DNA of 63,946 nucleotides, counting the filler, from Octopus bimaculoides (taxonomy: Eukaryota): the NCBI RefSeq assembly GCF_001194135.2. It is 5 parts of 5 records of this genome, joined end to end, with 100 filler letters (N's around TTAATTAATTAA, not from the genome) between each part and the next. Parts side by side here need not be neighbours in the genome. Positions count along the whole stretch, not along the records: positions 19,782 to 28,800 come from NC_068983.1; positions 28,901 to 57,042 come from NC_068993.1; 3 more parts are not named here. One strand, written 5' to 3'. Below are positions 25,863 through 36,954 of this stretch, in pieces. Below the pieces are notes generated by a model. It was not told the DNA's origin. It made no database searches and saw only the letters and a program-made list of their open reading frames with translations. The position numbers and the translations under genes were made by a program. The stretch's first letter is position 1; every line of letters starts with the position of its first letter.

Positions 25863-26160
25863 TTGATGTTGTTCTGAATGTTACTGTTGTCATTGTTGTT
25901 GGTGGTGGTGGTGATTGTAATTGTGATGTTGCTGATAGTGGATGGTGGTGTCGNNNNNNNNNNNNNNNNNNNNNNNNNNNNNNNNNNNNNNNNNNNNNNN
26001 NNNNNNNNNNNNNNNNNNNNNNNNNNNNNNNNNNNNNNNGTTGTAGTTGTTGTGACGGTGGTGAAGGAGGTGGCGACGGTGGTGGAGGAGGTGGTGGAGG
26101 AGGTGGTGACGGTAGTGGAGGAGGTGGTGACGGTGTCGACGATGGTGGTGTTGGTTAGGT
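25800..26160. repeat. (GAT)n and (GGT/GGA)n trinucleotide low-complexity region with gap
   Basis: Direct repeats. Confidence 0.9.
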
Positions 26161-26229
26161 GGTGGTGGTACCAGCTGCAATGATTAATGTTTGTTGTCGT
26201 CTTCATTGATTCTACAATGATGATTTTGT

Positions 26230-26349
26230 TTCTTTTATTTAATCCCAGGTCATCTCATGTGGAACAGACCTATGATTAATGATGAGATGGATGTAAACAA
26301 ACCAACACAGGTTGTCAATCAGTGGTTCGGAACAAACACAAACACAGAT

Positions 26350-26439
<90 letters not shown>

Positions 26440-26598
26440 ACGTTTGGCTTCTTTCAGTTTCCGCCTACCAAATCCACTCACATGTTTTAACCAAGCCAGG
26501 ATTACAGTAAAAGACATTTACCCAAGGTGCAATGCAATGGGATTGAACCAGGAACTATGTGACTAGGGGGCAAACTTCTTACCATACAACCACGCCTG
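26230..26598 (-). mobile_element. SINE family B head and body with internal (CA)n(TAGA)n and an alternative 3' tail
   Basis: GGCTTCTTTCAGTTTCCGCCTACCAAATCCACTCAC and CTTCTTACCATACAACCACGCC; the left part differs from the standard B tail. Confidence 0.85.
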
Positions 26599-26698
26599 AA
26601 CCTATGCGTAATTTTTTTTCTTTTTTGTTTGTTTGTTTTGTTTTTTTTTTGTTTTTGCTTCTTTTTACTATTTACGTAGCGTTTCCCAGTGTAGTGTA

Positions 26699-26914
26699 CG
26701 AGGGGATGCTGAAAATTTCCTGGCTATAAGGGTGTCGTAAAAGGTTTGGTTGGAAGCTCGACCTTCCGAGTTCTTTTTACAGGGGTTAGAAAAACTGAAG
26801 GACCACTGCAATAAGTTGGTGAATCTGAGAGAGGAATATGCTGAATAAAATCATAAGTAACTGATCGACCAGTATATTTTTACCTCAAGCCAGGAACTTT
26901 TTAGCACGCCCTCA
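26699..26914 (+). mobile_element. Mariner-derived MITE (TIR CGAGGGG..GCTGAAAAGTTCCTGGCT, TA TSD)
   Basis: TA-CGAGGGGATGCTGAAAATTTCCTGGCT ... AGCCAGGAACTTTTTAGCACGCCCTCA-TA. The interior keeps a transposase C-terminus-like sequence (consensus of three copies about HCNKCVNLRGEYVE-stop). Confidence 0.85.
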
Positions 26915-26924
26915 TACACACATG

Positions 26925-26926
26925 CC

Positions 26927-26997
<71 letters not shown>

Positions 26998-27015
26998 GAT
27001 AGATAGATAGAAATA
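26925..27015. repeat. (TAGA)n microsatellite
   Basis: Direct repeats. Confidence 0.95.
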
Positions 27016-27105
27016 GATATAGATATAGGTATGTGTGTGTGTACACATATATTTACATACACAGGCACACACACACACACACACGCACACACATATGTAT
27101 ACACA

Positions 27106-27265
27106 CGAGGGGGTGCAGAAAAGTTCCTAGCTTTAAAGATGTGGAAAAATGCCTTGTTGGAGGCCCGACCATCCGAGTTCTTTTACAGGGCTTAGGTATA
27201 AGTGTGTGATTCTGGGAGTGGAATTTGTTGAATAAAATCATAATTAACTGATCCTCCTCTATTTT
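27106..27265 (+). mobile_element. Second, right-truncated copy of the same mariner MITE
   Basis: CGAGGGGGTGCAGAAAAGTTCCTAGCTTTAAAG ... GAATAAAATCATAATTAACTGATCCTCCTC. Confidence 0.8.
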
Positions 27266-27569
27266 GTTTTTTGTGATGCAGTGTATGATAATGTTGTGTG
27301 ATGTTTATGGTAGCAGAGTGTAACATGGAGTACTATGATGTACTATAGTACAGTGTAATGTGGTATTGTATGGTATGGCATTGTATAGTTATTTATGCGG
27401 TGTAGTACGGTGTAGTATAGGACAAAGCGTTTTGTGTTGTATTATCAAATGTAGTAATTTCTGGATTTGACTATTGTTGCATGAAGCAAAGTCATTGTTA
27501 TTTGACTCCAAGTCAGGCGTGGTTATGCAGCACTAGACTCCAGCGTTCGGTAACAATGATCTGCTGCAG

Positions 27570-27810
27570 AGTGCTCTTGAGAATCAAGTCCACGAATCAA
27601 TGCCGAAGACCATCCTGACAGGAATAGATGAGGGGAAAAGAGCGAAAAGTTGTCCAAGACGTTTGTGGACTGACGACTTAAAATAAAATTGGCTAAAAAC
27701 AAGAGCTTGGCTGATTGTACGCATGCAGCTCAACACAAAGGAAACTGTACTGTTGAGCCTTAGTGAGCCGACTTCAGTTCTTAAGGAAGGCATTTGACTG
27801 ATGACTGGTG
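27570..27810 (+). mobile_element. RTE-clade LINE 3' end fragment
   Basis: SMPKTILTGIDEGKRAKSCPRRLWTDDLK matches the RTE terminal motif K.IL.G..EGKR.RGRP...W.DD.K. Confidence 0.65.
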
Positions 27811-28129
27811 ATGTGACATGATAATGAATCACTTTATAAAGTAATCCATCTCTCTCTCCTCCTCCTCTCTCTCTCTTTCTCCCATCCTCTCTCTCTCTCC
27901 TCCTCTCTCTCTCCTCCTCTCTCTCTCTCTCCCCTTCCCACCCTGATACCATTAACAGAACATGGTCGTCTTATCACCACTAACACCACCATCACATACG
28001 ATCTGCTCTATATAACGTTATCTTTTTAAAGTGTTAGGATGTAACTTATGCAAGATTTAGCTGCTAATTCTAGAAGACAAGTTGTAAAATTTTGCTCAGT
28101 ATTTGGTTCTAGTTAGTAGTTTTGGATAT

Positions 28130-28245
28130 GATGGACTCACCCGTCAAAGACGCCGTATGAGGGTTCAGCTTTTGCCGAACGACCGGCCCCAAAAGGATGA
28201 AAGGCAAAGTCGGCCTTAGCAGAATTTAAGCTAAGAACGCCGCCT
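28130..28245 (-). mobile_element. SINE family A fragment
   Basis: AAAAGGATGAAAGGCAAAGTCGGCCTTAGCAGAATTTAAGC. Confidence 0.75.
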
Positions 28246-28469
28246 TACACAGATATTTAATATTATCTATGAAAGGACATCATAACGTGCATTTTATAAG
28301 CTTCTATACAGTCATCGGCTATCATATGCCATCAAAAAGCAATGTTATTCCATAAGCTGTATATACATGTAGCACTCTATTACTGTATAGAGTTTATATA
28401 AAAATTTATGCAAGAAGGTGGAATAAAAATGTTTTAATTACGAAATACAACAATTGTTTCTGTGCAGTG

Positions 28470-28580
28470 GTACCAGCTGGCTATAGCAGAAGACACCGAA
28501 GAGAACACGTAATAGGACTGAACCCGGGACCACCTGATTCAAAAGCAAACTTCTTACCACACAGCCACTCCTGTGCCTAT
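28470..28580 (-). mobile_element. SINE family B head
   Basis: GGCTATAGCAGAAGACAC..GGACTGAACCCGGGACC..CTTCTTACCACACAGCCACTCC. Confidence 0.8.
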
Positions 28581-28800
28581 AATTTGTATGTACGCGCGCG
28601 ACGTATGTGTGCATATATATATATATATAATTGTTTTTATTAAAAGTGGGCATAAAAGGAAACGTTTATATATATATATATATATTCAATTTACGATGAA
28701 GAAGCGTTGACATGTATTGAAAGATACAGAAATAATTTATTCTCAAATGCATGATAATGCTAATACAATAGCATGAACAGTATAAACTATCCATGTATTG

Positions 28801-28900
28801 NNNNNNNNNNNNNNNNNNNNNNNNNNNNNNNNNNNNNNNNNNNNTTAATTAATTAANNNNNNNNNNNNNNNNNNNNNNNNNNNNNNNNNNNNNNNNNNNN
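28801..28900. other. Artificial scaffold-join linker N44-TTAATTAATTAA-N44
   Basis: 12-mer at 28845-28856 with 44 N on each side. Confidence 0.97.
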
Positions 28901-28928
28901 ATTACTGTGATCACGAAAGAAGTGCCCA

Positions 28929-28968
<40 letters not shown>

Positions 28969-28970
<2 letters not shown>

Positions 28971-29560
28971 TGCTAAGATGGCAACACTGCAGGAGAGTTG
29001 CTGGATGGATTCTTAGATCATTCAGAATCAGAAATAAGGATGCTTTGCTACTCCTGTGGATGACATTTGTCTTCAGTCGTCTGGATTACTGCTTCCAACT
29101 GTGGACGCCACTGAGCGTCGAATTAGTGGCGAAACTTGAGGCAATCCCTCGTCACTACACAAAGAAGATTGACTCGGTGAAACAGATGAGGTAATGGGAG
29201 AGGCTACAAGAACTGAACGTTTACTCCTTGGAGAGAAGGTGTGAAAGGTATACAGTGATGTATACATATGGAAGACCCTGGAAGATTTAGCTCCCAGTTT
29301 GGAATTAAAAGCTACACCAACCACCGGACAGAAACTGCATAACACCAAAGATACCATCTTTTTCATCTCAGATAAGGTCCCAGTACTGTAACAGCTTGGG
29401 TTTCAGGGGACCACAACTGTTTAACATCCTGTCAAGGAACCTAAGAGATCTGCAAGGTGTAGATGTGGAAACGTTCAATAAGCAGCTGGGCAAATTTCTA
29501 TCTGAAATCCCAGAGGGGCTCATACCGCGGGAGGTGGAAAAAAAAAAGAGCAGCTTCATC
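28969..29560 (+). mobile_element. CR1/L2-type (Jockey-group) LINE ORF2 3' fragment
   Basis: GWILRSFR.R....LLLLW.TFV.SRLDYCFQLWTP......LEAI.RHYTKKI...YWERL.EL..YSLERR.ERY; YCNSLGFRGPQLFNIL..NLRDL..VDVETF.KQL.KFLSEIP. Stops and frameshifts present. Confidence 0.85.
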
Positions 29561-29599
29561 CAACTTGCTACTTCACCATTATCGAAAGTAGACCCAAAA

Positions 29600-29975
29600 C
29601 ACTGAAAGGCAGTGCTCCAGCTAGGCCGCAGCCTCTGGTTGAAACCAGTAAAAGAATAAAAGGAGTGGCTGCGTGGTAAGTAGCCTGCTTATCAATCCAC
29701 TTATGAGTGGATTTGGTAGACGGAAATTGGAAGAAGCCCATCGTATATATTTATATAAATGTATGTGAGTGTATATGTTTGTCTGTCTGTGTTTGTCCCG
29801 GCAACATCGATTGACGACCGATGCTGGTGCGTTTAAGTCCCCGTAACCTAGCAGTTCGGCTAAAGGGACGAGAGAATAAGTACTAGGCTTGCAAAGAATA
29901 AGTCCTGGGGTCAATTTGCTCGACTAAAGGCGGTACTCCAGCATGACCGCAGTCAAATGACCGAAACACAAGAAT
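29600..29975 (+). mobile_element. SINE family B copy with internal deletion, preceded by the tail of another B copy
   Basis: Tail motif at 29600-29660, then AGGAGTGGCTGCGTGGTAAGTAGC head; GTCCCCGTAACCTAGCAGTTCGGC; GCAGTCAAATGACCGAAAC. Confidence 0.9.
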
Positions 29976-30465
29976 ACACATACATACATACATAAAAAAC
30001 GTAGTACCTCGGTTTACCAACAATTCCGATCACGAATAAATCGTGCCTTATCTCCTGACTTTCTGATATTCATCTAATAGAGTAGCACCTGGGTCTACGA
30101 ACGCCTCTGATCACTAATACATCGTGTTTTATACACACAAACACACACACACACACACACANNNNNNNNNNNNNNNNNNNNNNNNNNNNNNNNNNNNNNN
30201 NNNNNNNNNNNNNNNNNNNNNNNNNNNNNNNNNNNNNNNNNNNNNNNNNNNNNNNNNNNNNNNNNNNNNNNNNNNNNNNNNNNNNNNNNNNNNNNNNNNN
30301 NNNNNNNNNNNNNNNNNNNNNNNNNNNNNNNNNNNNNNNNNNNNNNNNNNNNNNNNNNNNNNNNNNNNNNNNNNNNNNNNNNNNNNNNNNNNNNNNNNNN
30401 NNNNNNNNNNNNNNNNNNNNNNNNNNNNNNNNNNNNNNNNNNNNNNNNNNNNNNNNNNNNNNNNN

Positions 30466-30625
30466 GTACGAAAAAAACAATAGACGAGGACAGGTGGTGT
30501 AAACAACAAAAAGATGTATTAGTATGACGCTCGGGAATACGGAAAGTCTTTAACGTTTCGAGCTACGCTCTTCAACAGAAAGAATACGGAGACAAGGAGA
30601 AAAACACGGAGGAAAAAAATTGAAT
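30466..30625 (-). mobile_element. Dispersed repeat, probable Penelope-like terminal repeat with hammerhead-like motif
   Basis: Homologous to 51298-51450; minus strand reads TTCTGTTGAAGAGCGTAGCTCGAAACG...CGTC. Confidence 0.5.
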
Positions 30626-31017
30626 AGTGTTCAGTCAGCGGTCACTTATAGTAATGGCTGACCGGAAGTTAGAGATTTTTTTTCACAGAAGAGCTAAGAA
30701 AAGGGGGAGAAAGAACGGTGATCGAAGAACGATATATATATATATATATATATAATATGTCGATCACTTCGACACCTGACGCATGGTACACTGTGTCCCT
30801 GTTCAGAGAACATCGATGTGATGCAAAGTACGAGCGCTAATGTGCAGCACGATATTTCATGCAGGTCGTTCGGCAAAAGCTGAACACTACTCATACGACC
30901 ATCATGCACACACAGACGCGCTTGTGTGTGCGATATGATAAGATATATATATATCTTATCATATATCATATGATAAAAGAAAGAGAAAAAGATAGATCAA
31001 ATAATTAGTACATTAAA

Positions 31018-31048
<31 letters not shown>

Positions 31049-34000
31049 NNNNNNNNNNNNNNNNNNNNNNNNNNNNNNNNNNNNNNNNNNNNNNNNNNNN
31101 NNNNNNNNNNNNNNNNNNNNNNNNNNNNNNNNNNNNNNNNNNNNNNNNNNNNNNNNNNNNNNNNNNNNNNNNNNNNNNNNNNNNNNNNNNNNNNNNNNNN
31201 NNNNNNNNNNNNNNNNNNNNNNNNNNNNNNNNNNNNNNNNNNNNNNNNNNNNNNNNNNNNNNNNNNNNNNNNNNNNNNNNNNNNNNNNNNNNNNNNNNNN
31301 NNNNNNNNNNNNNNNNNNNNNNNNNNNNNNNNNNNNNNNNNNNNNNNNNNNNNNNNNNNNNNNNNNNNNNNNNNNNNNNNNNNNNNNNNNNNNNNNNNNN
31401 NNNNNNNNNNNNNNNNNNNNNNNNNNNNNNNNNNNNNNNNNNNNNNNNNNNNNNNNNNNNNNNNNNNNNNNNNNNNNNNNNNNNNNNNNNNNNNNNNNNN
31501 NNNNNNNNNNNNNNNNNNNNNNNNNNNNNNNNNNNNNNNNNNNNNNNNNNNNNNNNNNNNNNNNNNNNNNNNNNNNNNNNNNNNNNNNNNNNNNNNNNNN
31601 NNNNNNNNNNNNNNNNNNNNNNNNNNNNNNNNNNNNNNNNNNNNNNNNNNNNNNNNNNNNNNNNNNNNNNNNNNNNNNNNNNNNNNNNNNNNNNNNNNNN
31701 NNNNNNNNNNNNNNNNNNNNNNNNNNNNNNNNNNNNNNNNNNNNNNNNNNNNNNNNNNNNNNNNATATATATATATATATATATATATATAATGTACTAA
31801 TTATTTGATCATTCTTTTTCTGTTTCTTTATATATATATATATAAATATAAGATATTTAATGTACTAATTATTTGATCTTTCTTTTTCTCTTTCTTTTTC
31901 ATTGTGTATATTATATGTAATATCATATATTATATTACACACACACACACATGCAGACATACATACACATAAACACACACACACACAAACACACACATAT
32001 ACATGCATAAACGGACACACGCACACACATCTATATACATACATGTATATTCACGTACGAAACCAATTTAAAACGTATCTGGCATTACACGTACTCGCTG
32101 TGATATACAGAAATACACAAACACATCCTAATACATACTTATATATACATTTACTAACACACATACACACATAAACATTTTCACACAAATATCCCTCACT
32201 CCCCATCCCCGAATCCCCCATAAAACTACACATGCTCCCACCGACAATAAACTTGCCGACCCCCCCACCGAAAACAACAAACAAACTGCAAACTTTGATA
32301 GCCTCGTAAAAGAAATAAGACGAAGAAGCTGGGGATGTAGACGAAGAAAGTGTTACCCCAGCGCCGCCCTTACCAACACTACTTCCACCATCAGTCGTAG
32401 AGGAAAAGAAAAGGACAAACAAAAAACACCCACAAAACATCCTTGCATAAAACACCGTACATATTGATACCACATCACCGCAAAACATCCCTGCCTTTTA
32501 TATCCTATTATTATAACTTTCAGTGGGTTGCCCAAACCGTAAATAACCATACTGTCTTTCGGACCATTGTGAAAAGCTGATTTTCCCCTCTCTCTGTTTC
32601 TTGTCTGTTTCCAGTTCTTTTGACAAAATCCCCAGCGGTCAGGGCGAAATTTCACGTTTATTTTTAAAAGTTTATGTCTATTTGATCTATTGGGCGCTTT
32701 TTAAAAAAAGAATCAGCCAGGCTGTAAATGGCAGAGGTCGCGTGGAATGTGAGCTTTGAGAGTTAATTTCTTTGTTTATCTGTACATTTATGGATTTCTT
32801 TATGTCTTCAAAAACTTCATATAGACGTGCGCGCTTGTGTAAGAGGAGGAGAGAGAGAAATGGGGAAAGAGAGATGAAGAAAGATGAAGAGAGAGAGATG
32901 GAAAGAGAGAGATGGAGAGAGAAAGAGAGAGTTTTTCTCTTCTGTGAATATTCTTAAAACGTTTCCTCTGTCAGAATTTATGATAGCAGCGTATGAATAA
33001 AACAATATTAATCAAGAAATATTAATATAGTGAATACCATATGGTGAGTGGTAAGTTGAGCCTGCAACACGGTTTCAATTCCTGATTAAAGTTATTTCAC
33101 CTTACTTACATGGTCAAGGCACTGAGATGTGTGAAAGTTACAAGTAAATTGTAATTGTTCTCTTACCAGTTTGTTTTAACCAATCACGGATTAAGGTTAC
33201 GTTTTTAAACTGACGGATACGCTGTTTTGAAGTATTCATTATTACTCTCTTCGCTTTGAGTTCTTATTTCACTGAGTCCAACTTTGCCTTTCAACTTTCA
33301 CGATCAATAAATAAAATATCTAAAAATAGTAAAGTACCTGCCATAAGCTGTTATGGAATTGTATCTCTTTCTTCCTGGAATAAATCACTTGTAGTTTGAT
33401 TTAATTGGGGAGGAATGGGCTCCACTTACCCGATCTAATTGGGGAGGAATGGGCTGCACCGCCTGAGACTCACGTTCCTCAGTTTTATAAAACTTAAAAA
33501 AGGCGATGAGTTGACAGCCTGAATGAAGTCTTTAACATTTTCCAAAATATCTCACTGTATTTAATTGCGTTCAAATGCCGATGATGTTAACTTCGCTTTC
33601 GGGGCTAAGTACTGGAGTTGATAGTATAAGTTTGTATATGTTCCACAAAATTTGTAACCCGGTCTCTATGTTATAAACTAATTCTACATTTTTCGAAAAC
33701 CATTCACCATTTCTACAACATCAATGATGTGATATAAATTTTCATCTGGTCATCGTGGAACCATATCAGTTCACCCATTTGTAAGTTTGAGCTATTTTAA
33801 ACAGCATAAGAGTGTTTCAAAGATGGCACGTACCTAACGCACACTGTGGTGACTTCTTTTGAGACACACTCGCGGAATTGAACTCGCGAAACACTTTCAT
33901 ATTTAGTTTGACATTCTAGTGAGTCAGCTATCAATGACCTGAATTAAGAAGTGAAGGGAGGGTAATGCATTTCCCAAGTAAATAAATCAAATGTCTGAGA

Positions 34001-34633
34001 TTTGAAAGCGGATTACAGACTAGACTTGATCTACTGGGAAATCGTAAGAATGACATAACTTCCAATTTCCATTTTCCTAAAAATATATAAGTTGCGGCGA
34101 GTCAAAAGAAATCGATATTATAGTATTAGCACAAATAAAATAGAAGTTTTACATTGACACAACTACACATCTGAAGAGGAGGGGGTATGGCTCATTGATA
34201 TTCCCTACAACAGAATATACCTAGAGATTTAACCATCACTGTATGTAATAGGAAGATGTAAATGGGTTGTTTCTAAATACAGTATTTTCATGGACAGGAA
34301 AGAGGAATCACATACACTGGTTTCAATCGTGGGTTGAGATTCCTCCGACTGAGTCCTCTTATTAACAGTTCACAAGAATGCTTGCAATAAATCCACTTTT
34401 AACTAGTAATTGAGTAAATCGAGTAGACTGGTTTGTAGGCAAAGACATATTCTTTGGCAACTAGTTCGATTAATACATTACAGTTGAGATAACAATGCTT
34501 TGTTTCTATACCTTCTGTATAACAGAATCTATCTATCTATCTAGCTAGCTCTGTCTGTCTATTTCTGTCTGTCTCTGTCTCTGTCTCTCTGTCTCTCTCT
34601 GTGACTCTCTCTCTCTCTCTCTCNNNNNNNNNN

Positions 34634-34683
<50 letters not shown>

Positions 34684-35145
34684 TCAAATACCGTGTTTAA
34701 AGCGGGGATATTTTCTCTCCAGGAAGATATTGTTCATGGAGACAAGTTTTGGCTGAAATCTTCACAGAATAATACATTATTAACGTACCGGAAACTAAAA
34801 GTTAATTGAATCAGCTGCAGTACTTCTCTTTTATTCCAGTGACAGTAGGGCTCGATAAAATATCCAGAAATGATGCTAACCACCAGACGGCATTTCATTC
34901 AGTGACTTCTTCAGTCAAAATCTATAAAAGTAAGAAAAAAATGAAATTTATTAAAAACAGAACTTTATAATAGAAACGTTTCCACAGTTAATATTAACAG
35001 GAGTATTATTATTATTATTGTATAACGAAGAAGAATGAAAGGAGGTCGATCTCGGCGGGGGTTAAAAGAAATACAAGTTTCAGTTATTCACCTTCTACTG
35101 TTAATGCTGTCAAATTAGAGTAAAAACATTTTTCTTAGTCTAGAA

Positions 35146-35472
35146 CAGAAGTTCCCACGATTTTTATTTATGGACACTTTTAATTACAATTTCAATCTGG
35201 TGGACCTTCATAGCCATTCAATGTTTAAAATCTAGTTTTATAGAAACTTCTTTCAAAATTCTTATTTTGTTTTTCACACATTAATTTGTGTAGGTTGAAC
35301 TATGTGAAATGTTAGAGAAAAACTTAGCTGTTTCTTGCAATACATACCGAAATTTTTTCAGGCGCCCTTAAAATATTATTGTGGATCCTCAACTTGCTAT
35401 TTTGTTATGTGAACCCCCAAAAATCTTATGTGGATCCTCAGGGGCCATATGGACCCCGGTTGTGAACCACTG
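35146..35472. mobile_element. hAT/Charlie-like MITE with perfect 8-bp TSD
   Basis: TSD GTCTAGAA at 35138-35145 and 35473-35480 (fits the Charlie NTCTAGAN preference); right end GGTTGTGAACCACTG; degenerate left end CAGAAGTTCCCA. Confidence 0.85.
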
Positions 35473-36274
35473 GTCTAGAAGGTTTTGATTTTGAGACTAT
35501 AATAACCATAATTGATCGATATTGTACCGAGGAGGGTTTGACTATATGTTAACCGAATAGCTATACTATGTTGCAGATGACTTAGAGAGTCAAGGTTTGA
35601 TTGGCTATTTTGACATTGAGAGATGTTGACTTTAGATCTTGATTGAGGATCTTCACTTCGTCACATATGAATCCAGATTGAGTACATCTACTTGTCATAA
35701 ATTTAGATTATTTATCCAAGTATATTGTTATTTCATATCTGAATACTTATTCATATACTTCATTACCTCCCTCCCAAAAGATATGACTAAAGACTTGAAG
35801 TCTGAGCAGAACTCTGACGAACTAAACAACAGATCTGTCACTCTTCCTTAGTGCCAAAACGTTGATAAATGAGTGCCTCACTTGATTATAAGAGTTTTAT
35901 GGCACTTCAACTAACTAATTACCCCAAGCCGGGCCAGCAATTAGAAACTTCAGCTAAAACACACTTCTTCAATGTACTCGAACCTACATATTTCTATTCC
36001 TTTTAAAAAAACGTTGCGATAGTGTAAACAGCATCACTCCACTTACTATAATTTATTATATCAATTAAGACATTGGCCAGCGATATATTACAGACCAATA
36101 AAAAATGAGGCATAGTCTCGATTTAAGTATGAAAAATAGGTAAACATCGCAAGTTTTCAGTTATTTTTTCTATATGACGAATGAAGAGTTAAAAATTGAT
36201 TCTAAGCTTGATAATCTAAAATGCTCAGACAAACACAGTAACATCGTGATAAGAGAGAAAGTGTTATTCTAACA

Positions 36275-36528
36275 CTGTGTTTCTCAACTATTTTTTTATC
36301 TTTGGACCCTATGATTCCTATTTTATTTATATGAACCCTTCTAGCCATTTGATGCTTAAAGAATCACATAACATTTTTAAAATTAACTGTTTTTAGGAAT
36401 TGTATGAACAAATTGTTAAAATATTTTGCATATTGTAGAAGTATAACCAATTTATTGCGGATAAATTTTAACAACGAAATCTTAAATGGACTTTTAGGGG
36501 CTATATGGACCCCGGTTGAGAACCACTG
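36275..36528. mobile_element. hAT/Charlie-like MITE, same family
   Basis: Left CTGTGTTTCTCAAC, right GTTGAGAACCACTG; TSD TTCTAACA / TTCCAACA (1 mismatch); shares GGGGC(C/T)ATATGGACCCCGGTTG with the 35.1-kb copy. Confidence 0.85.
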
Positions 36529-36690
36529 TTCCAACAGAACGGAAGCTGCATAAGCTCTAACTAGCCCCAGATTGCGACTACTCGGTTATCAAACTTTCAA
36601 GATTTCTTTAGGGTTTATAATTTCGAAAGTATTGTAACAGAATACTAATTATATATTCATAGGTAAATTTATAGAACGTTCCATACTCTA

Positions 36691-36954
36691 TTGGGTTGGC
36701 GATTAAGTTCCCGCGGTTTTTAAAAAATTTTGGAATTTATTGCGTTTTTAAATTTTGGAATCTATTTTTTTCGAGAATTCTACTTTTGAATCATTTTGGA
36801 ATCTTTTTTTTTCTAGTTAATCTTGTTGAACGTTGGGAAGAAGTTGTAAAAAACAAAGGTGAATACATTATTGATTAATTATATGTTATTTTTGATTAAA
36901 CCTTTTAAAAAATTTAAATTTTAAGAAACAGCGGGAACTTAGTTGCCAACCCAA
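36691..36954 (+). mobile_element. Mariner internal-deletion derivative (MITE) with TA TSD, mellifera-subfamily-like TIRs
   Basis: TA-TTGGGTTGGCGATTAAGTTCCCGCGGTTT ... AAACAGCGGGAACTTAGTTGCCAACCCAA-TA; retains transposase C-terminus LVERWEEVVKNKGEYIID-stop. Confidence 0.9.

Noticed and set aside
25676-26206. Poly-D/G/H/S/T/I ORFs here and at 45257-45914, 16799-17107, 54713-55003 and similar (YI, CV, ER, LS repeats)
   Set aside because: They are translations of microsatellites, open on several frames and strands, with no domain or splice support.
27270-27430. Degenerate pentanucleotide (GTGTA/GTATG) tract; reverse-strand analogues near 19880-19960 and 20680-20740
   Set aside because: Best explained as decayed simple repeats; no higher-order structure found.
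30001-30020. GTAGTACCTCGGTTTAC resembling a Tigger/pogo TIR
   Set aside because: No partner TIR or TSD visible; a gap follows.
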